From Thermoplasmata archaeon UBA61 (GTDB taxonomy: Archaea > Thermoplasmatota > Thermoplasmata > Lutacidiplasmatales > UBA184), in NCBI GenBank assembly GCA_002503985.1, contig DASW01000006.1, forward strand, positions 30,080-94,079: a stretch of 64,000 nucleotides of DNA. Direction: 5' to 3'. Both the position numbers and the translations under genes were made by a program. Each line of letters opens with the position of its first letter. Position 1 is the stretch's first letter. The notes beneath the pieces are model-generated. The model saw only the letters and a program-made list of their open reading frames with translations, was not told where the DNA came from and searched no databases. Shown here piece after piece: positions 48,224 through 56,996 of the stretch.

Positions 48224-48841
48224 ATGGAGTCGTATCAGGCCCTCCTCGCCCGCGCGCACGAGAAGCTCCCGCCCATCCGCACCGGCGGCGAGCGCTTCCA
48301 GGTCCCCGATCCGGACGTGATGACCGACGGGAAGAACACGGTCATCCGCAACCTCCAGGACATCACGGGGGTCCTTCGGCGCGAGCCCGCGCACGTCATC
48401 GGGTTCCTCGCGAAGGAGTTCGGCTGCCCGGGCGTCCTCGACCTTCCGCGCGGGGTCCTGAAGTCGCGCCTTACGAAGGACCAGATCGCCGGGCGGATGC
48501 GCGATTACACCGTGAAGTACGTGATCTGCTCGGAGTGCAAGCGGCCCGACACCCACCTCCAGAAGGAAGGTCGGTTCACGCTCCTCATCTGCGAGGCGTG
48601 CGGTGCCCAGCGCCCGGTCACCGTCCGCAAGGTGGTCACGCCCGAGAAGCCGAAGACGCCGGTCGTGGTCGGCGAGGTCTATCGCCTCACGATCGAGGAC
48701 GTCGGCCGCCGCGGGGACGGCGTCGCGAAGAAGGAAGGGTTCGTGATCTTCGTGACGGGGGCGAACCAGCGCGGGACGACGGTCAACGCGAAGGTGACGA
48801 AGGTCCTCGGCAACAACGCGTACGCCGTCGTCGAACCGTAG
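48224..48841 (+). CDS. Translation initiation factor 2 subunit beta (aIF2-beta) fused to a C-terminal TRAM domain
   Basis: aIF2-beta core with a C4 finger (CSECK...CEACG). This is followed by an approximately 60-aa segment (GEVYRLTIEDVGRRGDGVAKKEGFVIFVTGANQRGTTVNAKVTKV) that matches the TRAM beta-barrel pattern. Confidence 0.8.
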   Translation: MESYQALLARAHEKLPPIRTGGERFQVPDPDVMTDGKNTVIRNLQDITGVLRREPAHVIGFLAKEFGCPGVLDLPRGVLKSRLTKDQIAGRMRDYTVKYVICSECKRPDTHLQKEGRFTLLICEACGAQRPVTVRKVVTPEKPKTPVVVGEVYRLTIEDVGRRGDGVAKKEGFVIFVTGANQRGTTVNAKVTKVLGNNAYAVVEP

Positions 48842-48847
48842 CGGACC

Positions 48848-49816
48848 ATGCGGAGCCTCCGCTGGATGGGCCTCCTCGGCCTCTACATAGGGGCCCAGAT
48901 CGTCGGGCTCGCGCTCTCCGAACCGTTCCGGTCGGAGGGGTTCACCTCGTCGTCCAACCCCCAGAGCCCGACCGCGCCGCTCCTGATCATCGCGGTCATC
49001 ATCATCGCGCCGCTCTTCATCCTCTTCTTCTCTCGACAGCGGGGCGGGCTACCCACCCTGCGCCACTTCATCCTGCTCGCGATCGCGGGCTCGCTCTACT
49101 TCACCCTCTACGCGACGTTCTCGATCTTCCCGCCGGGGGTCATCCTGCCGCCGCCCTACGCGGCCGAGTACGTCCTCGACCCCGCGCTCACCCTCGCCGC
49201 CATCGTGAGCGCCGGGCTCTACTTCGCGCTCCTGGTCGAGCCCCAGTGGTACGTCGTGGACCTCGCGGGGTTCCTCGCTGCGGGCTCGCTGATCGCGATC
49301 CTCGGGATCTCGTTCGGGATCCTGCCGGCGTTCATCCTGCTGCTGGCCCTGATGGTGTACGACGCGATCGCGGTCTATCGGACGAAGCACATGGTATCGC
49401 TCGCCGACGCGGTGGTCGACATGCACCTGCCCATCCTCATGGTCATGCCCGACTCCCCCGGGTACGACTACACGCGGGCGCCGACGCTCGCCGAGCAGCG
49501 GGGGCAGCCGACCGAGGAGCGCGCCGCGCTGTTCATGGGCCTCGGGGACGTGGTCATCCCCGGGACGCTCATCGTCTCCGCGTTCATCTGGCTCCCCACG
49601 ACCCCCGTCTTCCTGACCGTGGGCGCGAACCTCTGGGGCGCGATTGGCGCCCTCGTCGGCTCCCTCGTAGGGTATGGGGTCCTGATGCGCCTCGTCCTCC
49701 GGGGGAACCCCCAGGCCGGGCTTCCGCTCCTCAACGGCGGCGCGCTCGTCGGCTACGCCGTGGTCTACGTCCTCCTGTTCCACTCGTTTACGCTCGGCCT
49801 GACCGGGGGGCTTTAA
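48848..49816 (+). CDS. Presenilin/signal-peptide-peptidase-like intramembrane aspartyl protease (A22 family homolog)
   Basis: A multi-TM protein. It has a YD motif in a TM helix (LMVYDAIAVY) and a GLGD motif (FMGLGDVVIPG). These are the two catalytic signatures of presenilin and SPP homologs. Confidence 0.6.
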   Translation: MRSLRWMGLLGLYIGAQIVGLALSEPFRSEGFTSSSNPQSPTAPLLIIAVIIIAPLFILFFSRQRGGLPTLRHFILLAIAGSLYFTLYATFSIFPPGVILPPPYAAEYVLDPALTLAAIVSAGLYFALLVEPQWYVVDLAGFLAAGSLIAILGISFGILPAFILLLALMVYDAIAVYRTKHMVSLADAVVDMHLPILMVMPDSPGYDYTRAPTLAEQRGQPTEERAALFMGLGDVVIPGTLIVSAFIWLPTTPVFLTVGANLWGAIGALVGSLVGYGVLMRLVLRGNPQAGLPLLNGGALVGYAVVYVLLFHSFTLGLTGGL

Positions 49817-49838
49817 CCCCCCGGGACTCCCCCGGGCC

Positions 49839-50777
49839 GTGCCGCGCAAGGTAGAGGACGTTCGGATCGACGACGCGCCGTCGCTCGACACGCTCATCCG
49901 TCGGCTCGAGGCCGGTGGGGGGTTCAGCGCCAAGGAGGTCGCCACGGGGGTCGACATCCTCGCCCGGATCCTCTCCGACCGCGACATGACCGTCTTCCTG
50001 TCGTTCCCCGCGGACATCGTCTCGACGGGCACGCGGGGGGTCCTGGCGACCCTCGTCCGGGAAGGGTACGTGGACGCGATCATCACCACGTGCGGAACGC
50101 TCGACCACGACCTGGCACGGTCGTTCCGCCCCTACTACCACGGGGACTGGGACCTGGACGACGCAGCTCTCCACCGCCGGCACGTATACCGGCTCGGGAA
50201 CCTCATCATCCCGGAGGCGAACTACGGGACCATCATCGAGCGGAAGATGCGCGGGATCCTCGACCGTCTCTGGAAGGGCGGGACCCGGGCCCTCTCGACG
50301 CGGGCGCTCTCTGCCGCGATCGGGGAGGCGATCCCCGCGAAGGAGCGTTCGAGCATCCTGCGCGCGGCGTTCGAACGAAAGGTGCCGGTCATCGTCCCCG
50401 GGATCACGGACGGGGCTGTGGGCTCGCAGGTCTGGCTGTACTGGCAGGACCACCGTGGCCTCTCCTTCGACCTCCTCAGCGACGAGCAGCTCCTCTCCGA
50501 CCTCGTCTTCGAGGCGAAGAGGGCCGGTGCGGTGATCCTGGGCGGCGGGATCTCGAAGCACCACACGATCTGGTGGAACCAGTTCCGCAGCGGCCTCGAC
50601 GCGGCGCTCTACATCACCACCGCGGTCGAATGGGACGGGAGCCTCTCCGGCGCCCGGACCCGGGAAGCGGTCTCCTGGGGCAAGGTGAAGGCGACCGCCC
50701 GGCACACCAACGTGACGGGCGACGTGACCGTCCTCTTCCCCCTGATGGTGGGGGCGGCGCTCGAGCGGATCCGATAG
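49839..50777 (+). CDS. dys: Deoxyhypusine synthase
   Basis: DHS-typical N-terminus (LSFPADIVSTG, ITTCGTLDHD) and C-terminal GGGISKHH. 312 aa. Confidence 0.9.
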   Translation: MPRKVEDVRIDDAPSLDTLIRRLEAGGGFSAKEVATGVDILARILSDRDMTVFLSFPADIVSTGTRGVLATLVREGYVDAIITTCGTLDHDLARSFRPYYHGDWDLDDAALHRRHVYRLGNLIIPEANYGTIIERKMRGILDRLWKGGTRALSTRALSAAIGEAIPAKERSSILRAAFERKVPVIVPGITDGAVGSQVWLYWQDHRGLSFDLLSDEQLLSDLVFEAKRAGAVILGGGISKHHTIWWNQFRSGLDAALYITTAVEWDGSLSGARTREAVSWGKVKATARHTNVTGDVTVLFPLMVGAALERIR

Positions 50778-50798
50778 ACGCTCGCGGTCCCCCCTCGG

Positions 50799-51914
50799 TT
50801 ATTGGCGGAAGGTCCGGGACGAACGACGGTGCTTTCGCAGCGTTCGTTCCATGACCTCGACCCCGATCCCCGGTCCCCGAGGCACGGCGAGGGTGCTCCC
50901 GGGTCCGAGGACGAACGGAGGGTCCGTGATGTCCTCGCGGTAGTAGCGGTCGCTCGCCGAGAGGTCGGACGACAAGACGAACGGGGGCGTGGAGGCGAGG
51001 GCGACGTTGTGCGCTCGGCCGACCCCGCTTTCGAGCATCCCTCCCACCCACGACGGCACCCCGTTGCGCGCCGCGTGGCGAGCGAGGGAGATCCCCACGC
51101 CTAGGCCGCCGACACGGGCGACCTTCACGTTGAGGCTCGTCACCGCCCGCGCGCCGAGGGCGTCCTCGAGCGACGGCCCGTCAACGATCGATTCGTCGAG
51201 GCAGACCCGAAACCGGGCGCCGCGGGCAAGCTCCGCGTGCGCGCGAACGGCCCGTTCCGCGAACGGCTGCTCGACCTGGGCGACCCCATACTTCTCCGCC
51301 CAAGCTCGGATCCGGTCGCCCGCCCCTATGGGATACGCCTGGTTTGCGTCGACCCACAGTTCCAGGTCCGGGTATTCTCGCCGAACGGCTCCCACGGGAC
51401 GCGCGTCCCACCCGGGACGGACCTTGAGCTTGACCCGACCGTACCCGGCCTCGAGGTACCGTCCGACCCGGTCGACGAGCTTCGGAACGCTCGGCTGGAT
51501 CCCGACGCTCACCCCGACCCGGATGCGACTCCGATGCCCGCCGAGGGCCTTCGAGAGGGAGCGGCCGAGCGTCCGGGCGCGCAGGTCCTGAAGAGCGATC
51601 TCGAGAGCCGCCTTCGCCATCCGATGACCCCGGAAGCGGCCGGCCGCCTGGGAGAACGCTTCGGGGGTGGGGTCGCGGAGCCGAAAGAGGAGCGGGATCA
51701 GGCGTTCTACGATCATCCATCGGGCGGTGGCCACGCTCTCCGACGAGTAGAGCGGGTCGACCGCGGCGGCGCACTCCCCCCAACCTACCTCCCCGTCCTT
51801 CGTCTCCGCTCGAACGAGCAGGAACCGACGCTGATGTTCGACACCGAAGCTCGTCTCGAACGGCTCTACGAGCGGCAGGTCGACCTCATCGAGGCGCACC
51901 GAAGCGAGGCGCAT
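50799..51914 (-). CDS. Enolase-superfamily enzyme (o-succinylbenzoate synthase / N-acylamino-acid racemase-like)
   Basis: The start is set at MRLASVRLDEV (ATG 51914), since the listed ORF's first 96 aa are antisense to tRNA-Lys. The metal-ligand pattern KVK.G, DANQAY, EQP, and LDES is typical of the MR/MLE/OSBS branch. Confidence 0.8.
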   Translation of the reverse strand: MRLASVRLDEVDLPLVEPFETSFGVEHQRRFLLVRAETKDGEVGWGECAAAVDPLYSSESVATARWMIVERLIPLLFRLRDPTPEAFSQAAGRFRGHRMAKAALEIALQDLRARTLGRSLSKALGGHRSRIRVGVSVGIQPSVPKLVDRVGRYLEAGYGRVKLKVRPGWDARPVGAVRREYPDLELWVDANQAYPIGAGDRIRAWAEKYGVAQVEQPFAERAVRAHAELARGARFRVCLDESIVDGPSLEDALGARAVTSLNVKVARVGGLGVGISLARHAARNGVPSWVGGMLESGVGRAHNVALASTPPFVLSSDLSASDRYYREDITDPPFVLGPGSTLAVPRGPGIGVEVMERTLRKHRRSSRTFRQ

Positions 51915-51992
51915 GGTGACCTTCCCGGGACTTCCCGCGCCTACATAAGTCGCGGACACGAGCCGGCCCCGAGAGAACCCTCGGCCGCGAGG

Positions 51993-52000
51993 CTTTATCT
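51993..52000 (+). promoter_or_regulatory. TATA-like box (ctttatct) for tRNA-Lys
   Basis: Lies 23-30 nt upstream of the tRNA 5' end. It has the same motif family as the thyX and peptidase promoters. Confidence 0.5.
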
Positions 52001-52022
52001 CCCGCGTTCTCGTCGGGCCGCT

Positions 52023-52096
52023 CCACCGTTGGGCCCGTAGCTCAGCTCGGTAGAGCAGGCGGCTCTTAACCGCAAGGTCAGGGGTTCGAATCCCCT
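52023..52096 (+). tRNA. tRNA-Lys (anticodon CUU)
   Basis: Folded by hand. It has a 7-bp acceptor GGGCCCG/CGGGCCC, a D-arm GCTC..GAGC, anticodon loop CTCTTAA (U33, CUU, A37), a T-arm AGGGG-TTCGAAT-CCCCT, and discriminator G. CCA is not encoded. There is a G-A mismatch at 27:43. Confidence 0.8.
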
Positions 52097-52172
52097 CGGG
52101 CCCGCCCCCGCCTTCGTTGGTTCCAAGCATTGAAGAAGCGGGAGCCCGGTTCAGGGTCCGGGGAGACGGGGC

Positions 52173-53147
52173 TTGCTCGCACATCCCGGCGGAAATCCGC
52201 ACGGACCGGCCCTCGACTCCCGGGAGCGGCGGCTGGTCTCCCTCGTCATCGGGTACACGCTCGCAGCCATTGCCATCACACTGGCGTGGGCCGAGGGCGC
52301 CGGGGTCACGACCTCTGAATCGAATTTCTACTCGGGCTCTCCGACCCCCTCCTCCGTAGGGTTGCTGTTCGTGGCGATTGGCCTTCTCGCCACGGGCGCC
52401 GCCATCGTGACGGTCTTCGGTTCGATCTACGGGAATGAGACCGAGCCCGTCACCGAAACGACGTCCCTGGGACCGGCAGCTCCGGGCTGGCGGCTCGGCC
52501 AGCTCGCGGTGTTCTTTGCGGTCCTGGGGATCGGCCTACTGCTGATGGGCCTCTCCCTTCCCCTCGGACCTTGGGGCCTCAGCGCCGAGCCCTCCTACCT
52601 CTCCCCGGCCGTGCTCTTCGTTCCCGACACGCTGGATGGTGTCGGGTTAGGAGTTCTGGCGCTCGGGATTTCATTCTTCCTCCTGGAACGGAAGCGTCAT
52701 CGACCCGAGTTCCGGGCATGGTGGCGCCGCACGGGCCGGTACGTGACCGTCGTGGGAGTCGCGATTATCGTGATCGTGGCCGCGCTGCTTCTGGTACCCG
52801 TTCGCCAATCGTTCTCCACCCAACTCGGTGCGGGAAGTGACTTCGGCGGACTGGCAGATGAGTCGTTCCCTGCGGGAATCTCGGTCTCGGGGTCATGGTC
52901 GGCCAACCCCGTGGGACCGGTCCACCTCACGATCCAGGACCCGTCGGGAATCGCCATCTACACGGCCAACGCTTCCTCCGGAACTTTCTCCTTCACGACC
53001 ATGGGGACTCCCCCGGGGGCGTTCTACCTCTTCATACTCGATCACACCGCAACTCCCGAGACGGTCTCGGTGAGCGGGAACTATGTTGCGCCAATCTGGT
53101 GGTGGCCGCCGGGCGAACCGGGCGAGCCGACGGTAGTTGTGCATTAA
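52173..53147 (+). CDS. Membrane protein with C-terminal extracytoplasmic beta-rich domain
   Basis: Several TM helices are followed by a Ser/Thr/Gly-rich domain and then a WWWPPGEPGEP tail. The start is uncertain. Confidence 0.4.
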   Translation: MLAHPGGNPHGPALDSRERRLVSLVIGYTLAAIAITLAWAEGAGVTTSESNFYSGSPTPSSVGLLFVAIGLLATGAAIVTVFGSIYGNETEPVTETTSLGPAAPGWRLGQLAVFFAVLGIGLLLMGLSLPLGPWGLSAEPSYLSPAVLFVPDTLDGVGLGVLALGISFFLLERKRHRPEFRAWWRRTGRYVTVVGVAIIVIVAALLLVPVRQSFSTQLGAGSDFGGLADESFPAGISVSGSWSANPVGPVHLTIQDPSGIAIYTANASSGTFSFTTMGTPPGAFYLFILDHTATPETVSVSGNYVAPIWWWPPGEPGEPTVVVH

Positions 53148-54319
53148 CCGGGGGCAGGTACGCCGGTCCGGGCGACGATCTCTCCCGGATGCTGCCACCA
53201 GTAGTACAGAATCACGCCGACCACGGCGGCTCGAAGGTAGATCGATAGGCCCATCATCCAGGACGTCACGTCGATCGTGAAACTGCCCCCTTCGAAGATC
53301 GTCACGACGTTCGGTCCCAGGAATCCCAGCTGCCCGGCGATCCAGGGGCCGAGCGGCTCGTGGAACCCGAACAAGAGGTTCCCCACGAAGTAGTACCCCA
53401 CGTCGTTCATCAGGGAAACGAGCAGGCCGAGGCTCGTCGCGAGGGGCCACGATTGCCAGCCCTCGAAGACGATCAGGACCCCGAACGGGGCCATGTACGT
53501 GAGGATGAGCCAGACCCCGTAGGCCGGGACGCTCTTTCCGAACAGGTCGATCCAGTTGATGAGGATCAGGCCGTAGAACGCCGAGAAGAGGATTAGCTTC
53601 AGCAGGATGAACTGGCGTGGGTCGGTCGGATGGAGGCCCGCCACCACCGTCTCGATGCCGGTGACGAGCAGGATGATACCGACCAGGATCGCGAAGCTCT
53701 CGAGCGCTAACCCTTCGAACGCCACCGAGACCACCACTAGCAGGATGGTGAGCGCTCCGGTGCTGAGCAGGGAGCCGCGGAGCCACAAGGGTACAGAGAC
53801 GCCACCGGCCTGGAAGATCCGGCCGAACCCCATCAGCACGAGCGCGATGGCGAGGACGAACGTTGCGGCCGTGGCGGCCAGGTTGGGGTCGAGGAGCGCG
53901 AACGCGGCGAGCGCGAGCGCGAGCAGGCCCACCCCGACGATCCCCCACGAACGAATGGCGCGCCACCAGAAGCGCGGCGCCCGGAGCTCGAACCAGTTCT
54001 CGGACAGTGCACGGCCTTCGGCGAGGATCGTCTGGGCCGAAATGAGGACGACCGCGGCGGTGAGCAAGAGGAGCAGACCGGTGAGCGTGGACTCCAGGGT
54101 GGCGAGGACGGCCACCGCGAACCCCACCGAGAACAGGCCCAGGAACACCTGGGTCGCTCGCCCGATCTTGACCCGACGGGCCGCCCGCCGTTCCGTCTCG
54201 GTACCGGACGGAGCCGAGCGAAGGTGGCGCGAAACCCAAGAGGACCGTCTTCCGGGCGGTCGGGACGTCTCGGGTCCCGGGACGGTGGCTCCCGGAGGGG
54301 TCTCTGGGTTCGAGGACAC
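53144..54319 (-). CDS. Integral membrane protein (HdeD/DUF308-like repeats)
   Basis: 391 aa with at least 10 TM helices and internally repeated hydrophobic modules. Convergent with the preceding gene. Confidence 0.5.
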   Translation of the reverse strand: MSSNPETPPGATVPGPETSRPPGRRSSWVSRHLRSAPSGTETERRAARRVKIGRATQVFLGLFSVGFAVAVLATLESTLTGLLLLLTAAVVLISAQTILAEGRALSENWFELRAPRFWWRAIRSWGIVGVGLLALALAAFALLDPNLAATAATFVLAIALVLMGFGRIFQAGGVSVPLWLRGSLLSTGALTILLVVVSVAFEGLALESFAILVGIILLVTGIETVVAGLHPTDPRQFILLKLILFSAFYGLILINWIDLFGKSVPAYGVWLILTYMAPFGVLIVFEGWQSWPLATSLGLLVSLMNDVGYYFVGNLLFGFHEPLGPWIAGQLGFLGPNVVTIFEGGSFTIDVTSWMMGLSIYLRAAVVGVILYYWWQHPGEIVARTGVPAPG

Positions 54320-54322
54320 GGC

Positions 54323-54616
54323 CTACCCTCTCTGCGCTCCTTTTGGGACGTAATCGAAGAAGCGCTCGGTGATCCCCTCCGACGTCCATTCTGCGCGAAG
54401 CCGCGTCTTCTTCTCGGCCCGGCGCAGTTCGGAAAGGAGGTAGCGGTTCAGGTCGCGCGCGCTCGACCCCTCCATCTGGGCTTCGACCTGGAACTCCCCT
54501 TCCTTCTCGCCCGCGGTGACCGTCCCTTGGGTGATCAACCGTGCCAAGACGGGTCGGACCGCGGCGGGGGTATCGGTGCTGACCCGAGCCTTGAGCGAGT
54601 ACCGCTTCTCGGTCAT
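54323..54616 (-). CDS. Hypothetical small protein
   Basis: 97 aa, lying 3 nt upstream of the membrane protein. No assignable family. Confidence 0.35.
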   Translation of the reverse strand: MTEKRYSLKARVSTDTPAAVRPVLARLITQGTVTAGEKEGEFQVEAQMEGSSARDLNRYLLSELRRAEKKTRLRAEWTSEGITERFFDYVPKGAQRG

Positions 54617-54783
54617 GGCACCCTCCGGAAGGAGAGGGCGTGAAAGGCCTTAGCCCTCTTCGAGCCACGCGGGCGTTCGAGCCGACCCCGCGGGACCGTG
54701 GCCTACCGGGGGAATCTACCGAGCGTCGAATCGGGTTGACCCCTGCGCCTTAGGCTCGGCTCCCGTCGTTCCCTCGACCGCTC

Positions 54784-55200
54784 ATGGAAGTTCGTGGAGT
54801 GTGGAAAGGAGGGTCGGAGACCCGACTCGAGGACGGACGAGGTCACACGGTCACCGTGGACTTGCCGGTCGATGAGGGGGGCCAGAATGTGGGAACGTCC
54901 GCGCTCGAGCTCGGCGTGCTGTCACTGGCCGGTTGCATCACCACTATCTTCGGGCTGGTCGCGCAGAAACGAAGGCTGTCATTCAGTGCCCTTGCCATCT
55001 CGTTGACCGCCGACCGGCCTCGGGGCGCCCCAACCATCGAGAGGGTTCACGGAAGATTGGAGCTCGAGACCAAAGCCTCGAAGGAGGACGTGGAAACCGT
55101 CCTGCGTCTCACCTTGAAGACCTGCCCGATGGGGGTCATCTTCGAGCGGGCCCGAATCCCGGTCGAGGTGACAATCGCTATTTCCCCGACCTCGTCATAG
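54784..55200 (+). CDS. OsmC/Ohr-family peroxiredoxin-like protein
   Basis: OsmC pattern with two conserved Cys (LAGCITT and LKTCPMG). Confidence 0.75.
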   Translation: MEVRGVWKGGSETRLEDGRGHTVTVDLPVDEGGQNVGTSALELGVLSLAGCITTIFGLVAQKRRLSFSALAISLTADRPRGAPTIERVHGRLELETKASKEDVETVLRLTLKTCPMGVIFERARIPVEVTIAISPTSS

Positions 55201-55217
55201 ACGACTCACCCTGACCC

Positions 55218-55859
55218 ATGAAGGTCGAGATCTGGACGGACGTCATTTGTCCCTGGTGCTACATCGGTCGGAGGCGTTTCGAGAAGGCGTTGACCCAGTT
55301 CTCGGGTCGAGCGACCGTGGACGTGGTCTACCGCAGTTTCGAGCTCGACCCGAACGCGCCCGCCCGGTCCGAAATGAACGTGGTGGAGAGGCTCATGACG
55401 AAGTACGGGCTCTCTGCGGCCGAGGCTCGAGAAGCGAACCAGCGCGTCACGAAGATCGCCGCGGAGGAAGGGCTCGAGTTCCATCTCGACCGGGCTCGGC
55501 CGACCAACACGCTCGCCGCCCACCGCTTACTGCAGCTCGCCTCGGTACGGCGGGTCCGGCCCGCGGCGGAGGAGCGGTTCCAGATGGCCTACTTCACGGA
55601 GGGAGCCCCCCTCGCGGAGCCCGAAACCCTGCTCCGGCTGGCCACCGAGGCAGGGTTGAAGGAGGAGGACGCCCGCCACGTGCTGGCGGGACAGGCGTTC
55701 ACGCTCCAGGTTCGGACGGACGAGAAGGAGGCAGCCGCCCTGGGAGCCCATGGTGTCCCCCTCTTCGCCTTCGACCGTCGTCAGATCGTCTCCGGAGCTC
55801 AGCCCACCGATTACCTTCTTCAGACCCTCGAATCAATTGCTAGCACCCCTTCCTGCTAG
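55218..55859 (+). CDS. DsbA-family thiol:disulfide oxidoreductase (FrnE-like)
   Basis: CPWC active site within MKVEIWTDVICPWCYIGRRRFE. This is the canonical DsbA/FrnE N-terminus. Confidence 0.8.
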   Translation: MKVEIWTDVICPWCYIGRRRFEKALTQFSGRATVDVVYRSFELDPNAPARSEMNVVERLMTKYGLSAAEAREANQRVTKIAAEEGLEFHLDRARPTNTLAAHRLLQLASVRRVRPAAEERFQMAYFTEGAPLAEPETLLRLATEAGLKEEDARHVLAGQAFTLQVRTDEKEAAALGAHGVPLFAFDRRQIVSGAQPTDYLLQTLESIASTPSC

Positions 55860-55974
55860 CGGCTTCGCCCACGACCGGATGCGGCCCCGGGACGTCTGGC
55901 CAGGTCCGTGTCGCAGACCCGTTTGCGTCGGTACGACCGCGCGCATAATGACCAAGTGACTCCTCCGGGTACCC

Positions 55975-56946
55975 GTGGAGCGGAACCTGGCGGTAAGGGA
56001 GTTCGGTCGCACAGGTCTCTCGATCACGCCGGTCGGCCTCGGAACCTGGGCGATTGGCGGCGGCGGATGGGCCTTCGGGTGGGGGCCCCAGGACGACGAG
56101 CGCTCGGTGAAAGCAATCCGGCGTGCGTGCGAACTGGGGATCGATTGGATCGACACGGCACCGGTGTACGGGTTGGGTCACGCGGAGGAGGTCGTCCGGA
56201 AAGGGGTGGCGGAGCTGTCACATCGTCCCAGGATCTTCACGAAGCTCTCCCTCCGATGGGGCGCCGACCGACAGATCTTCCACAGCCTCAAGGCCGACTC
56301 GGTCCGCGACGAGGTGAAGGCGAGTCGAAAGCGGCTCGGCGTCGATACGATTGACCTGGTCCAGGTCCACTGGCCCGACCCTGAGCCTGATATCGAGGAA
56401 GGGTGGCGCGCGCTCGCCGAGCTCAAGGACCAGGGCGTGGTGCGACACATCGGCGTCTCGAACTTCAACGTGGCCCAGATGGAACGGGCCGCCGCCATTG
56501 CGCCGGTAGAGACTTTGCAGCCCGAGTACTCGCTGGTCGAGCCCGCGGCCGAGAAAGAGATCCTACCGTATGCCCGGGCGCATCGGATCGGCGTCATCGC
56601 CTACGGGCCTATGGGTTACGGGTTGCTGACCGGCGCGATGACACCCGAACGGGTGGCCCGGATGCCCTCCGATGACTGGCGCCGCCGGAACGATGAGTTC
56701 AAGGAACCGCGGCTTTCCCGGCATCTCGCTCTCGCTCGCCTCCTCGCCGATATCGGAAAGCAGCACGGGGGACGGCCCCCGGCGGAGGTCGCGATCGCAT
56801 GGGTGCTCGCGAACCCGGCCGTCACAGGCGCCATCGTCGGGGGTCGGTCGGCCGAGCAGGTGGAAGGGTTCGTCGGGGCGATGACCTTGCGTCTCGCCCC
56901 GGAGGACCTAGAGCGGATCCAAACCTTCCGAGCGGAGCACCCCTAG
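55975..56946 (+). CDS. Aldo/keto reductase
   Basis: GLGTWA, DTAPVYG, and the IDLVQVHWPD and IGVSNF motifs. 323 aa. Confidence 0.85.
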   Translation: MERNLAVREFGRTGLSITPVGLGTWAIGGGGWAFGWGPQDDERSVKAIRRACELGIDWIDTAPVYGLGHAEEVVRKGVAELSHRPRIFTKLSLRWGADRQIFHSLKADSVRDEVKASRKRLGVDTIDLVQVHWPDPEPDIEEGWRALAELKDQGVVRHIGVSNFNVAQMERAAAIAPVETLQPEYSLVEPAAEKEILPYARAHRIGVIAYGPMGYGLLTGAMTPERVARMPSDDWRRRNDEFKEPRLSRHLALARLLADIGKQHGGRPPAEVAIAWVLANPAVTGAIVGGRSAEQVEGFVGAMTLRLAPEDLERIQTFRAEHP

Positions 56947-56996
56947 TCAGGGCGTCTCCGGGAACCGGCTCCGACGGGTCTTCCCGAGGGGGATCG

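Noticed and set aside
51915-52202. The N-terminal 96 aa of the listed 467-aa minus-strand ORF (MRISAGMCEQ...GGGPEGIRTPDL...)
   Set aside because: This stretch is the antisense translation of tRNA-Lys (52023-52096). The enolase-superfamily gene starts at the internal Met, MRLASVRL (51914).
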